Positions 13,801-29,700 of a stretch of DNA of 64,000 bases are shown one piece after another (position 1 is the stretch's first letter; each line of letters starts with the position of its first letter). Origin of the DNA: Octopus vulgaris (taxonomy: Eukaryota); contig OX597826.1 of the NCBI GenBank assembly GCA_951406725.2, positions 37,944,001-38,008,000 on the forward strand, given 5' to 3'. The notes below the pieces were generated by a model. That model did no database searches and was not told the origin of the DNA. It was given only the letters and a program-made list of their open reading frames with translations. The position numbers and the translations under genes are program-made.

Positions 13801-15292
13801 CCGTCCACTGCATATTCCCGAAATGTGAAGACGTGGCTGTACAATTTTATGGATTAAAAAGTATTTTTAAGTGTTTTTATAGTTTTATCTTCCACAAAGA
13901 CTCCCAGGAATCGAGGGAATATTATGTAAGAATATTGACAAATAATTGCAAACATCTTCAGATATAATGGTTAAAAGAGAAGTCTTAGAATGCTATCAGC
14001 ACGAAACGTCTGCAAATATCCAGTGTTTGTTAGCAATGACAGCAAATGAGACAGAATCCTTGAGATTCTTGAAGGAATATCAATGTTTTTTTTTCCTTTT
14101 TATATATATTTATATATAAATGTGTGTCGTTATATGAGACAGAGTGCCAACATCATCTCGTCTTGTTGCAATGTTATAAGATAACGTAAGTTGCTTGAGA
14201 GAATTCTATTTAGCTTTGATATCCAGAAGTTGATGCTTTAGTCTAGATTAAAACAAGATGACAAGGATAAAAGAGAAGAGACAGACACGGTGACAAGAGT
14301 TCAGGAAAAATCGTTCCCTTCAGCCATATTGTTGATGATAATAATAATAATAAACTTTTCTATATTCACTCTATTACATATCGTGTGTGTATGAGTGTGT
14401 CTGTATATGTGTGTGTGTGTGTCTGTCTGTCTGTCTGTGTATTTGTGTCAGTGTCTGTGTGTGTAAGAAATATCCATGGTACGTCTAGCAAAGATTTTCT
14501 TTAAATTTTTCTGCTTAAGTTTCGTAAAACTGCGACACTGATATGAAAAAGATCATAAGATCATTTCACGTAAGGATCAACTAAGATGGTCACTCCAAAC
14601 TGCAATTTTAAGAATCCAGATCCTTATTCATTAGACCAGGCATGCATAGTTAGCCGAGATCACCTCTGTTCCGCCAAATAAGGGGACAAGAAAACACCAT
14701 CAGGCTATGCGAAAGTGACTTGAAAACAAGGTGCGTCTGCGTCCAGCCTTCTTTCAAACAGAAAGAAAAGCACAAAACTAGCAAGCGATAACCGGAAGCT
14801 GAAGGACAACAATGGACCGCAAACCATCAAGTAGAGAGATCTAGGTCATATATTAATGGGTCAAAAAACTGTGTGGTACACATCTTTATTAGATCGAAGA
14901 ACTATACCGACCTGCATCTTGTAGTAGAGCACTGGTTCGAGAGTTCTAGGATCAGAAATTTTTACAAGATGTATGCAAGTAGATTAGTGGCTATTATCGA
15001 ACTGAAAGTTACCCTACTCGCCGGATTAGACACAGTTTAGCACATTCTAATTTTTTTTCCTTTCCCGATTATCCACCACCAGGCATAAGTTGCTTTTTCT
15101 GTGCTTTTTAAATCTAAATACTGAATGTTAAAGGGTTAAATGGACAAATTTTTTTCCTCTTTATCTTAAGGTTCTTTCTCGCAATTTTTTCTCCCTTTTT
15201 CTCACATTACTCCACGGAGTAGCCATATCATTTATGTCTGAACGATTGCTGGATCATGCACGCAGGGCTATGCCCGTCCAAACTGGAAAACA

Positions 15293-15331
<39 letters not shown>

Positions 15332-15529
15332 TATATATGTAGTATATATATATATATATGTATGCTTTTTCTTTGAGTTTTATTTAGAGAGTTATTTAGA
15401 GTTCAAGCCAGTCGCTAACAAAACTACAAGACAGTTTATGTTAAGAGAGTTCCTGCTATTTGTAAATATGTGGTTGAGTTGTTGGTGCATACATATGGGT
15501 GCGTACATCTATACCTCTATAGGATCCCA

Positions 15530-16650
<1,121 letters not shown>

Positions 16651-17589
16651 AGTGTGCCTCTACCGGCATCACATCACTTGACGTGGATCCTATTGGCGTC
16701 GCTGTTGATGTAGAAGTTGCCAGTGGTGGTCAGTACATTTCTAGTTTTGATATCTGGGCTGTGGATATCGTCAAGCATCCAGTCTATGTATGTATGTATG
16801 TATGTATGTATGTATGTATGTATGTATGTATGTATGTATGTATGTATGCATGTATGTATGTATGTATGTATGCATGTATGTATGTATAACCTGCGGCTCA
16901 GTGGTTACCGATGATGTTGACTTGTTCTACTTTTCGAATTATGGCTGCTGTTGCTTAGTGAGTGGGATTGACTTAGTGCACAGCCTTTCCTTACTTTAAA
17001 AAAATCTTCTTGCACAGGCATTGCACGATAACAACACTGATTAAGCTTTGTGCAATGGCCATACTCGATAACAAGGGGGCAGCCACCATGTATGCATGTA
17101 TGTATATATGTATGTATGTAATGTATGCATGTATGCATTATGCATGTATGCATTATGCATGTATGTATGTTGGTAGGTGTGTAGGTAAGCAGGCAGGTAG
17201 GCATCCGTAAATGGGTTGACGAACTGAGACGCTTCACTGTGGAAGTGTAATAAGACAGAAACATGTTCATTACTTTCAGCCATCGGCTTCAAAGTCGGGA
17301 CCCACTGTCACTCTCATCGTCGTATTTTCGAATTTTTTTCTTCACTTATCTCTGTGTTTTTAAAAGTGAAACAGCTGTAGAGTGCATTGTTCTGTACTCA
17401 ATGATTTTTCAAACCTGAACTGACAGAAATTGTCGACATCAACGTGTTTCTTATGTGACACTTTCTGCTGTGACCATAAAACAGTCGTGGTTCACAGGAA
17501 CTGTGCCTCTTCTCAACGGTTCTTATCACATCGTGATCATGTAAATATGTTGTTCCTATTTAATTATACATAAATATTTTTGAATAACA

Positions 17590-17590
<1 letters not shown>

Positions 17591-17661
<71 letters not shown>
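17591..17661. repeat. (AAT)n microsatellite
   Basis: Direct inspection. Confidence 0.95.
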
Positions 17662-17662
<1 letters not shown>

Positions 17663-17924
17663 AGCCATTTACAGTTTTAATGGAAAATTGTGAGAAAAAA
17701 TATTTTAGCAGAAGCAAACCCAACTAAAACCCCACCAAAACCTCTCCTCTCTCCCTGCTGCATCACTCTACCACCACCACAACCACCGCCACCCGTTTGT
17801 GTCAAAATATAAAGAACGCAACGCATTCATTGATCTCGCTAGAATAAAAAGGTTTTTAGAACTGCTGCGAACAAATGATTCAGGTATTATTGTTATTGTA
17901 GCTTTAAAACAAAAGAAACAACGA

Positions 17925-18135
17925 AGATGGTGGCGGCGGCGGCGGCGGCGGTGGTGGTGGTGGTGGTGGTGGTGGTGGTGGCGGCGGCGGCGGCGACGGT
18001 AGCGGCGACGGTAGCGGCGACGGTAGCGGCGACTGTAGCGACTGTAGCGGCGGTGGCGGTGGCTGTGGTGTTGGTGGTGGTAGTGGTGGTGACGGTGGCG
18101 GTGGTGGCGGCGGTGGCGGTAGTGGTGGTGGTTGA
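17925..18135. repeat. (GGC/GGT)n low-complexity tract with a 12-bp sub-unit GGTAGCGGCGAC
   Basis: Direct inspection. Confidence 0.85.
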
Positions 18136-18470
18136 CGTCATAGTCGTTTTAGATGTTAGTGATGGTACTGGAATCTTAAAAGTGGGTTATCTGGTGGGGG
18201 AAGATGATAGCAGCGATGGTGGGAATGGTTGCGACAGCAATGGCTCCACCTGTAATGAGAGTAGCGGTGGCGATGGTAATGGTCGCCGTAGAGGTTGTTT
18301 TAGTTGTTAAAAATGACAATGGATTGTAGTATGGGTGGTCTTGATTGTGATACTGGTGATGCTGCTGTAACTGGTGGTGGGGTGCTATTTTGAAGTGAGG
18401 TACAGACGTAGGTGATGGAGAAACACATAGACGTTAGAAGAAGTAGAAGAAGAAGAAGAAGAAGAAGAAG

Positions 18471-18501
<31 letters not shown>

Positions 18502-18504
18502 TGG

Positions 18505-18538
<34 letters not shown>

Positions 18539-20149
18539 CAAGATGATGACAAATCTGTTGCACACGATCTTCGAGGCATCTATAAGCACTTTATTTGGTA
18601 TTGTGTCCTCCAATAGAGAAATGCAGACTCTATACCACGATGTCTCCCTTAATATATCACCGCCATCTTTGTTTCCCTTCTGTCCCTTTGGGGCTTCCTC
18701 TCCCTGCACCCTCAATTCTTATCTCTCCTTCTACACCATCTCCTCTTCGTTCCTGTATAAAATGCTAAAGTATAATTACATTCGAAACTTACTCTCTCAT
18801 CGTTTGTTTCAGGCATTCTTGTTGTTGTTGCTGTTGTTGCTATTTTTGTTCTTGTTGATGTTGAGACGATAATGAGGAGGAGGAGGAGGAGCAGGATAAT
18901 GATGAGTCTGGTGGTGGGGTTGCTGCTAATAATTTGATAATGATCGTAATCACGATGATGTTGTTGTTGTTGTTGGGGGGGGGGGTCGTCGTCGTCATCA
19001 CGGCGAAGACGACGACGACGATGATGATGATGGCGATAGTGATGATGAGGATGATTATTGTAATGATTAAAGTGATACCCATATAGAATGACACACAGGC
19101 AGAAAATCATTTGCGTAAACATATCACAAACACAAAGGTAAACATACAAAACACATACACACACACACACACACACATACACTCACTCACTCACGCACAC
19201 ATATATATAGGTGCATACAGACAAATATATAGGTGCACGTACAAACGAATACACACACGGACACACATACGCATACGTGCATATACAAATACATATGCAC
19301 ACAAATAAAAGGATACACACGTTTCAAACAAATAATAATAATAATAATGATAATAATAATAATAATAATAAATCACAGCAGCACAACAACAACAACACTA
19401 CCATAACAATTTCAATAGTTTTAAAATAAAGATATTGGATGCGAAAAAGCTTTCATCTAGGATTCCACATTATACGAAAGTAATTGTAAATTTTCAGGAT
19501 ATACATATGTGACGCGTGTGTGAGGAGTGTGTATGTGTGTATATGTGGGCGTGTGAGAGTGTGGGGGTGTAAAGAAAGAGAGAGAGAGAGAGAGCTTGGA
19601 GAGACCATTATATAAACATAAACACACACACACACACACAGATGCGTATAGGTGTATATATGCACACACACATACATACACACATATGTGTATACGTGTA
19701 TGCATATATATATATGTGTGTGTGTGTGTGTATACATATATATGCATTAATACATTCATGTATACAAACACACACACAAATATATATACACACTCACACA
19801 CTCACACGCTCACATTGGCAATGTTCAATCCATTATATTATATAAATGCAGTTGAACATCACCAGTGAAAATGTCTAAATTGTAATATAAAGGGATAAGA
19901 AAAGAATTGATAATTGCCGCCGCGGCTTACCTTGCATGGAGATAATGTCAACAAATTGAAATAACATTTACTTCTATCTCTCTATCTCTATCTACTTATC
20001 TATGTGTGTGTGAGCGAGAGAGGAATTATGTATCGGTCTTTGTGTTTGTCTCCCCTATCTATCTATCTAGATATTTATTTATCTATATTTCACTCTCTCT
20101 CCCTTTCTTTTCCTCTCTTTCTCTCTCTCTTCTTCTGTCGTTACTGTGC

Positions 20150-20193
<44 letters not shown>

Positions 20194-20258
20194 ATGAGAA
20201 TATTGTGCTTGCTGTTTTACAAACAATCAATATCACCCTCACGCTAATAGTCATCATT

Positions 20259-20503
<245 letters not shown>

Positions 20504-20511
20504 ACTGATAA

Positions 20512-20770
20512 TATTGTCACACGCTGATGACGGGTAAATACTCAGAAATGCGGATCCATGTGTATCACGTCAAGCTGGAAATGGGAACGATGACTTCCCT
20601 TTGCAGATACTGATAGAGCACATAAAGTGTGTCAATAGCCAGCTGGAGGAGATGTCTTCTTGGGGCTACAAGCTACAGTAGCATCACCTCTTAAGGGTTA
20701 GCCACATTTAAGTGGCAAATATACTTCACAATGTCGTGCAGCTACTGTTTATACCTCGCTCACAGATTTA
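20512..20770 (+). mobile_element. Hammerhead-bearing non-coding insert in (TAA)n (Penelope-like/retrozyme-like)
   Basis: A unique block of about 260 bp between AAT tracts, starting with a hammerhead core. The right junction has an inverted (TTA)n/(AAT)n. Confidence 0.65.
20518..20562 (+). ncRNA. Minimal type I hammerhead ribozyme
   Basis: CACACG-CTGATGA-CGGGT-AAAT-ACTCA-GAAA-T-GCGG-A-TC-CATGTG. Stem I is CACACG/CATGTG (1 mismatch), stem II is GGGT/ACTC, stem III is 2 bp, and the NUH triplet is AUC. Confidence 0.7.
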
Positions 20771-20778
20771 TTATTATT

Positions 20779-20834
<56 letters not shown>

Positions 20835-21069
20835 TAATAATAATAATAATAATAATAAAGCAAGGCCAAGGTCAGTGCTCTCATTGATCGCTAGTAGTAG
20901 TAAACGCATTTGACATCTGCTGACCGCAAGGGTGTGACGCTTCTTTTTTTCCCCTGATCTCACAGGAATGCGGAGCCCCATTGTTGATCATCTTCTCACC
21001 ATCTGCCGAATCTTGAAGCATGACCAGTAAACAAGTGTCACCTTAGTCTGTTGGCTGTTTATATATATA

Positions 21070-22100
21070 CACATCTGTATGATATGTTCGTTACACATAC
21101 ACGCATGCGTATTACATGTTAATACAAGCGTCGTTGCAACATGTGTTACATGCTAGTTACGCATACGTATCGATATTGATACATGTTAGTCATATATGCA
21201 CGCATTTATATTACAAGCTCTTTCTTTCCATTTTTGATGCAGAACTGCCGAAATCGAGTTAGCTAGGACAGCATCGTGGAGCTTGTTCTCCTCGGACAGG
21301 TGAGGTTGTATGACCTCGGTCGATTCATCAAATCAGTCGAAGCTGCGTCACGTAGTTCTCCCAAGGACTACATTGGCAGTGTCTTCTAAAACATTGAACG
21401 ATGAATCTCAGGGGTTGTTGGCTCCTTTTTGGTGAGATCAGCAACCGGAAACAAGTATTATATATTACAAGCTGTATAACCACACTAACATCCATGTTAC
21501 AGCATGTTAGCCACATCTGTACTACTAAATGTTAGTTACATATCAACAACATGTATCTATATTCCACATGTTTGTTAGGTATACACGCAGCTGTATTGCT
21601 ACATGTCTTCATGTCAGTGCATAACACACGTATGTATCTCATATTAGTTAAACATACGCAAGTCTTTATCAAGATTGCTACATGTACAGAGATATGTTAC
21701 ATTTTAGTTACACATAAAAAAAACACGTGCGTTACATTTAGTAACGCATTCACACAGCTGTGTTACATGTTTAGTTCATTATTACAAGTCTGATCATTAC
21801 TTACTCGATACCTATATACATAGCTGTATCACAATTTCGTTACGCAAAGAAACATTTTCATTTCTACATGTTAGTTACACAAGCACATCGTGTTACATTT
21901 TTGTTGCACATTAACACACTTGTGTATGATATCCTTTGTTACATATACGTACACAACTGTGTTACGTTTTATGCATACCTCTGCATTAATACATATTAAG
22001 CACACAGATACACATCTATGTCACATTTTAGTCAATAAAATATCTGCTACACAAAAACGTGTTTCATATTAGTTACACGTCAATACATCTATATCACATG
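21070..22100. repeat. Degenerate tandem repeat with recurring TTACATGTTAGTTACACATA motif
   Basis: Many diverged ACATGTTAGTTAC-like units spaced roughly 30-35 bp apart. Confidence 0.65.
21220..21460 (-). mobile_element. Internal RTE (BovB-like) LINE fragment
   Basis: The minus strand reads VLGRTT*RSFD*FDESTEVIQPHLSEENKLHDAVLANS, which resembles the 'LG...RK.QDWFDEN...I..LL.EK..AH' segment between the endonuclease and RT of RTE ORFs. Flanked by the direct repeat TATATTACAAGCT. Confidence 0.55.
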
Positions 22101-22270
22101 GCAGTCTCACACAGACACACACACACACACACAGTCACACATAGTCACACACAGTCACACACAATCACATGCACAGACATCGGTAGGAAGTTCTATAAGC
22201 ACAACTTTACAATCTTCTTTCTATTTCCTCATTGTAATATTACCATTATCATTATTAATGAACATATCAA

Positions 22271-22860
22271 GTCGGCGAGCTGGCAGAAACGTTGGCACGC
22301 CGGGCGAAATGCTGAGCGGTATTTCGTTTGCCGTTACGTTCTGAGTTCAAATTCCGCCGAGGTCGACTTTGCCTTTCATCCTTTCGGGGTCGATAAATTA
22401 AGTACCAGTTACGCACTGGGGTCGATATAATCGACTTAATCCGTTTGTCTGTCCTTGTTTGTCCTCTCTGTGTTTAGTGGGTAGTAAAGAAATAGGTATT
22501 TCGTCTGCCGTTACGTTCTGAGTTCAAATTCCGCCGAGGTCGACTTTGCCTTTCATCCTTTCGTGGTCGATAAATTAAGTACCAGTTACGCACTAGGGTC
22601 GATATAATCGACTTAATCCGTTTGTCTGTCCTTGTTTGTCTGTCCTTGTTTGTCCTCTCTGTGTTTAGCCCCTTGTGGGTAGTAAAGAAATAGGTATTTC
22701 GTCTGCCGTTACGTTCTGAGTTCAAATTCCGCCGAGGTCGACTTTGCCTTTCATCCTTTCGGGGTCGATAAATTAAGTACCAGTAAAATACTAGGGTCGA
22801 TGTAATCGATTATCCCCCTCCCCCAAATTTCAGGCTTTGCACCTATAGTAGAAAGGATTA
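22271..22860 (+). mobile_element. Tandem trimer of tRNA-derived SINE family A
   Basis: The head GGCGAGCTGGCAGAA...GAGTTCAAATTCC (A and B boxes) is followed by GAGGTCGACTTTGCCTTTCATCCTTTCGGGGTCGATAAATTAAGTACCAG, which occurs three times (units start about 22271, 22496, 22695). Confidence 0.93.
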
Positions 22861-23136
22861 GTAATGAACAAATTATTGTTATTATCATTAATCTTGTTGT
22901 CGCTGTTGTACAGTTAGTTAGGTTATATTGTCCAATTAGGTTATGCAGGCAAAAACGCATTCCTCATTTTATTCCTCTTCACATCAATCTTTTGGTCATC
23001 ATCATCATCATCACCATTATCACCCCCATCGCCATCATCATCATTGCCCTTGTCGTCGTCGCTATTACCATCATCTTCGTCATCATCTTCATCATCATCT
23101 TTATGATTCTTCATCACTAATATCATTATCATCATT

Positions 23137-23181
<45 letters not shown>

Positions 23182-23556
23182 GCAATACTCACAACCACCG
23201 TCCTCATCCCTACATAATCACTTCCGATTAGAATTATCATTGCTGTTGTTCTTACTGCTGTCATATGTCAGATACGCAAACCCTCACCCTCATATACACT
23301 CACAAACACATACACATACACACACCCAAGCTGAAACACATATGTACCCACATATGCATACACTAACATTTATATTCATATTACTCAGACATAAATACAC
23401 ATAAAAAAGTTATATACACAACACTCACACATACATATACACACGCACATTATTTACACACTTACACTTAACGCATGAACACTTACATGCTTACACGCAA
23501 ACAATCTACAACCAATATACAAACACACACGCGCACACACACATACACACATACAA

Positions 23557-23590
<34 letters not shown>

Positions 23591-23741
23591 CTATATATGC
23601 AAATACATCTACACACACCTGCATACATACACACATATGTGCAACCACGGAACCATTTATATACGCAGACATTTATGCACATAAAAATATAGAACTAAAG
23701 CTATGCACACAAGTATATATACATATATATATATGTATATA

Positions 23742-23744
<3 letters not shown>

Positions 23745-23825
<81 letters not shown>
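23745..23825. repeat. (TA)n microsatellite
   Basis: Direct inspection; one of many TA tracts in the window. Confidence 0.95.
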
Positions 23826-23831
<6 letters not shown>

Positions 23832-23832
23832 C

Positions 23833-23866
<34 letters not shown>

Positions 23867-23905
23867 ATATGTGTATGTATATATGTATATATATGTGTGT
23901 ATGTA

Positions 23906-23940
<35 letters not shown>

Positions 23941-24769
23941 GATGCATACACACAAATATAGACGCAGATATTCATACATAAAAACATACACATATATATT
24001 CGAAAATATCCGAACACATATTCACATTCATATAGCTACATCTACACACGCACACAAACACACAAACTATATATATATATGCATACATCTAATACAACCG
24101 TACACATACACACTCTCCTCCTCCTTCCCCTGATGACATTAATCTATAAACAATTTCTAATAGTAAAGGGTCTAAAAAGCGTTGGAATTTTTCAAAAGAT
24201 AAAACCCATCCTACAATAATAGCGAAACTGTTTGATGTGAAGAATGTAAAGCCATAGCAATGTTTACCTTATCTTTCTTTCTTTTTTTTTTTCGGTGGAA
24301 TCGTGCCATAAATGTGCTTTGCTTGTTTCTCATAAATGGCCATAGAAAAATTTAACTGTGGGGCAAAATACTTCGCTGCATGGCCCTCTTTAAACGACAA
24401 TATTTTACAGTAAGAACAATATTTGAATATAGTTACCAAAAGGTTTGCTTTGTTTATTTGGGTTTTTATTTTGCTTGTCCATATTATTATTATTATTATA
24501 ATCATTATCATTTTATCATTGTTGTTGTTGCTGTTGTTGGCGTGCGTATTTTACGGTGTTTTGGTGTTTGTTTTGTTGTTGCTGTTGTTGGTGATGATGA
24601 TGATGATGATAATGATGATGATTTATTATGTAAGTTTATTTTTGAGTGAGGGAAATTTAAGTTTCTGTATTAAACTAAAAGCACAACACAGCTCAGATTT
24701 ATTCGACCGTATTTTTAATAAAAGAAATGTACTTATGAGTGTGTGTGTGTATGTGTGTGTATATATATC

Positions 24770-24829
<60 letters not shown>

Positions 24830-25008
24830 TATGTATATATATATATACGTATATGTGTATGATATGTATGTGTGTATATGTATATATATATATGTGTGTG
24901 TGTGTGTGTGAGTGTGTGTGTGCGTGAGTGTGATCAGGCAAATGGTATGCAAATGTTACATACATAAACAAAATATTCACCACTACTCATAAATAATATA
25001 TATATATA

Positions 25009-25051
<43 letters not shown>

Positions 25052-25489
25052 ATGTATGTGTATCAACATATACATGTATGTATATATACAGGCATATATA
25101 TACACACATATATCACATCCACGACTATACACATGAAAATATTCATATGCATACACACATACAATCGTACATAGAAACACACAATCATATTGAAGAAATT
25201 TATAGTTCTGTTTACACCAATTTACATAAAACTTCACACGCATGCATCGACAAACCAAATCCTCAACACATACACACACACATACAGTCACACTCGCACA
25301 CACATACACACACATGCATGCACCCACGCACGCATATAAAAATGTTCGTAGTTTATAGTGTTAGATGTGGATTCAAATAGAGTCATACAGTCATACATAT
25401 GCGCATATATATTCGTTTATATGTCTGTTTACACATATAGGTACTCACATACATATGGCTATACACACACGCATACGCACATACAAATG

Positions 25490-25559
<70 letters not shown>

Positions 25560-26340
25560 GTGAGAGAGAGAAAGAGAAAAAATAGAGAGTGAGAGGCTCA
25601 GAAGTGGGAATATTGACAACGCATTGATATTAAATTGCGTACAAACACAAGATGAGTCTGACGTCATCATATTTGAAGTATACGCCATACAACCAGCCGC
25701 TTCCTAAAACGTATGTATATATATATATGTATGTATGTATATATGTATATATGTATGTATGTATGTATGTATGCATATATGCATGCATGTATGTATGTAT
25801 GTATGTATGTATGTATGTATGTATGAATATATACGTGAGTATATATTCATATAACCACACATACAAATTTACAGATAACACCTGATGCCAGACAATCTTC
25901 AAGACGTGGTTTCAAGTTTCCATTGTTTCACAGTTTTATAAACCTTCCTCATCGCCAAGGCTGGTTCAACATAGTTATGGAGCAAACTTCGCAACCACAT
26001 TTCTGTAAACAAAGTGTTCGCTCAATCTGTCAGAAACAGTAGTGAAATCTCCCTCAAATGACACTCTGCTATCTTAAGCAATGAAGGATACATTAGAACA
26101 TGTGTAGGATGTGAAACCTTCAATACAGAAAAACATCAAGGTGAAAAATTGGGATTGCGGAGTATTTTACTTAAGTTTAAAAGAAGGATTGAATAAGTGA
26201 GTCAGGAGAAGATAGCACTGAAAATTATGGGTATTTCGTAACATTTGTGATTACGTGCTCAAAACAAAGGCATTTTCTTGCATTTGGGATCACATTTACT
26301 CAAAACAGGGATATCGTTATATCTGGGATCACGTTGCATT

Positions 26341-26721
26341 CAGTAGTACCTCGCAGTACGAGTGCCCCATTGTACGAGTAATTAGCTGTACGAGCCGAGA
26401 CTCGAGCGAATTTATGTCTTGAAGTACAAGCGGAAATCCGTTGTACGAGCACAGAAGTCCCATTTTTAAGATAAGTTAATAAAACCAGTTTACATATTTC
26501 TTTTACATTCTCTTCTTTATAACTGTCATTTTACTTGTAACTATTCCTTTTCTGTTTTAAAAACCCATAATAAATTATTTTTGTGTGGTTTTGGCGTGAA
26601 CTGGAACGAATTAATTATATTTTAGTTAATTTCAATGGGGAAAATTTATTTGTTAAACGAGTAAATCGTAAGACGAGCTCTGTCATGGAAGGAATGAAAC
26701 TCGTTCTACGATGTATCACTG
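26341..26721. mobile_element. Tigger/pogo-like MITE
   Basis: The left end CAGTAGTACCTCGCAGTACGAGT matches the reverse complement of the right end, CAGTGATACATCGTAGAACGAGT, at 18/23 positions. TA follows the right end, and there are internal TACGAG sub-repeats. Confidence 0.8.
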
Positions 26722-29700
26722 TATAGTGCTTTGTTAAATTTCGAAATCAGATTGTATTCGGTTAGATATTTGTGAGATGCCTTCCACATTCATTGAGGTG
26801 AATAACGTGAAAAAGTAGCAAACCTTACGTTGATATTATTAACAGATGCATCGAAGAAATGTTTTCGTAGAAGTGGACAATGACGTGTTGTTGTTGTTGT
26901 TGTTTTTGATGTTGTTGTTGTTGTCGTTGTTGTTGTTGTTTTTGATGTTGCTGTTCTCGTTGTTGTCGATGTTATTGCTGAGTACAAAAAAATTTTAATT
27001 GTTTTCAAATAACAAATAAGCAGATTGGAGATATCAAACAGATCTATACGTTGTATTTAGCGAAACTTGTCTTCTAGAGATAACAAGTTAACGTTTGAAA
27101 ATATATGTAAACATTATGATGGAACATTTCTGATTATAGGTTTATCGGAAATCCACCCAAAATTAGGCTGTTATTGTGAATGATTCTTCTTAATGAAGTA
27201 AAACTTAACTATCAAAATGTAGAATTCACCAAACTTCAGAGTTACAAATACTTAATTAAATCGTCTCTATTGCAGTGAAAATAATTTTGATGTAAACAGC
27301 AGGTGTGTGTGTCACGGTTGGCAAAACTCGTTTCCAAAACTCAAAAGTTTCTTCAATTTAGATTTGTTTTCGGTAGACATTAAAGAGCGTAGGAATCAAA
27401 TCCTGCTTCTTTACTCGGAAATATTATCCAAGACACATATAACATTATCTCCGACCTACACAACAGTATATCAACTGACAGAACAGAAAGATAAGCTACA
27501 ATAATTATTCATAATTGTTAAAATTAATTAATGTACTTTGTTAGAAGATGATTTTTCAAATAACCAAAATTTGTTTGGCATTGAAACAAAAGCCATTTTA
27601 AGTGGATAAGAATTTGGATAAGTTCCAGATATTAATGTCTGATGTAAATGATAAGAAATGTTAAATCTATGAAATTTGTGGCAATTTGACAAAAGAAAAT
27701 GCTGACGTGAATTAGACATTTCTTTTTTATTCAAGTTTACAGCACATGTTAATGTAAGCGAAATCATGCTAATTGCTTCTAATTCATCAATTTTAGAAAA
27801 CTAATTATTATATAATTAAATACTTATGTCATCCGTCTATTTTCTCCATATAAAAGAAATCTCTAATTTCGATGTTTAATTAACTGAATATGATTGGAAA
27901 ATTGAGATACTTACAAGATATTGATAACTTCAATATGGTTTAATATTTTTACAGTCTGACTTTTAAATAATTAAATCGCAAAAATAAGATTTTGTTTTCA
28001 TGACAGAAGAACCAGTCTTAACATACTTCCTAATGATTCGTCGGTTTCCTGAGAATCTAATTCGTAACACCTGAGTGAACTTTTGTCTCCTCGTAATTGA
28101 CGTGTAACCCGAAGTTAATGATGATCTGTGATCAAGAACATTTAGTCGAGACTAATCTCACTTTTCTTCAAAGTTAGCATTCAACATAATGAATGTTTTA
28201 TGTCTGCTTTTCCGTATTGTTGGGGATAGGATAGAATTTTTCAGGCAGGTTATTACAGCCAGATGCTCTACCTATCACAAACTTTTTTGGTCACTTCTAT
28301 GACATGCAGTGATACAGTGTACTAATTCAAAAACTGGGATATACATGACAATCGTCAGATATAGTTAATTTATAATGAACATTTTCAGTTGTGACATTTT
28401 TAAGACAGCCTTGTCTTATTTTAGAAAACTTTTGCTGTTATTTTTAGCAATTATGGCGGCCATATAAAGGCTGTATCATTGGATAGCTTCCTCATTTGTT
28501 TTTGTAATATCATGTTGATGTTGTTTACCTCCAAGTTATTCCTTATCGAACAGATATATGATCTTCGGTTTTATGGCACCAACTAGATTTGAAGGAGATT
28601 TAGTTGTTATTTCTAGCAAGTCAGACTATCAGAAGCCTCATTCGTTGGCTTGTCTCTTCATTGGTTCTCTGTAAGGACATGTAAGGTGTCTTTCCCAAAA
28701 TATAAACACTAAACAAGATTTTAACTCCTGGCTCTTTAACAAAACGGTAGACATACTATTTGACCAGCCGTTAAAAATTTTCCACTTAAAATTTAATTAT
28801 ATCACTTTTTTTTATCATTCTCAGTTATTGATAAATACCAGATAAATATCTCTTTTTAATCCAATAAAGTCATTTTTTTGTGATGCCTGCTTGTTTCCAA
28901 TTACCATTTATGGAACTGTAATATATTATAGAAACCAACATACTCTAAAGAAACAGAGGAGGATGGTTGAAAAACAAACATTATATCAGCATTATTTTGG
29001 TTCAAAATAAAGAACACGAGAAGGAAATGTTTGGTCCGAATTGGTTAGTCAGGAAATATGACACCAGAAGGAAATGTTTGGTTCAATATTGCTTGGTGAA
29101 GAATTAAAGCACCAGAAGAAAGTATCTGACGCTAAATTGTATCAATGCCAAATAAAAGGGAAAAAATTTCTATGCTGAAAAACAAGTTTCATTCAAATAT
29201 TTGTAAATTCATTATCGTACTAATCTCAAACAACATTTAACCTTTAACAAGTTCAACGTCTCTGACGGTTTACCATCTGATAAGATTACTAAGGAATATG
29301 TGTTGTTTATTGACAGTATTTATTTTAATTTAGGCAGTAGCTATGAGCTACATTTCTTGATTCAGCTGTCTTATGACCAAAGGACCTCGCCATATTTTCT
29401 AGATGTATCTGGGACTACAGTCATCAATGTGTCTTTCTTTTCCAAAGCACTTAAGTAAGGTTTTAAAGAGATATGGGGGTCGTTTTGCAGTAGGTTTCTC
29501 TCATTAGCTCGTCTGATAGATAAAAGTGATAGCTTAATTTGGCTTGATAATTACAGTGATGAAGTAGTTGGGTCTAATAAGAGTGATGGATTAGTTTCGT
29601 CTGATAATACATATTAATAGAGTAATATTTAAAAAATACCCATGTACTTATTATAATGGAAGGGCAACAACTCCCACATAACTAGATATAATATAGAGTC

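Noticed and set aside
13985-14020. TGCT-ATC-AGCAC-GAAAC-GTC-TGCAA, resembling a hammerhead 3' half
   Set aside because: No CUGANGA or stem I partner in the right position; likely chance.
19920-19970. Minus-strand ATGCAAG|GTAAG as a possible first coding exon
   Set aside because: A single donor-like motif with no supportable downstream exon.
22271-22860. Regularly repeated units that might suggest a CRISPR array
   Set aside because: The units are about 200-bp SINE copies with no unique spacers, in a eukaryotic context with no cas genes.
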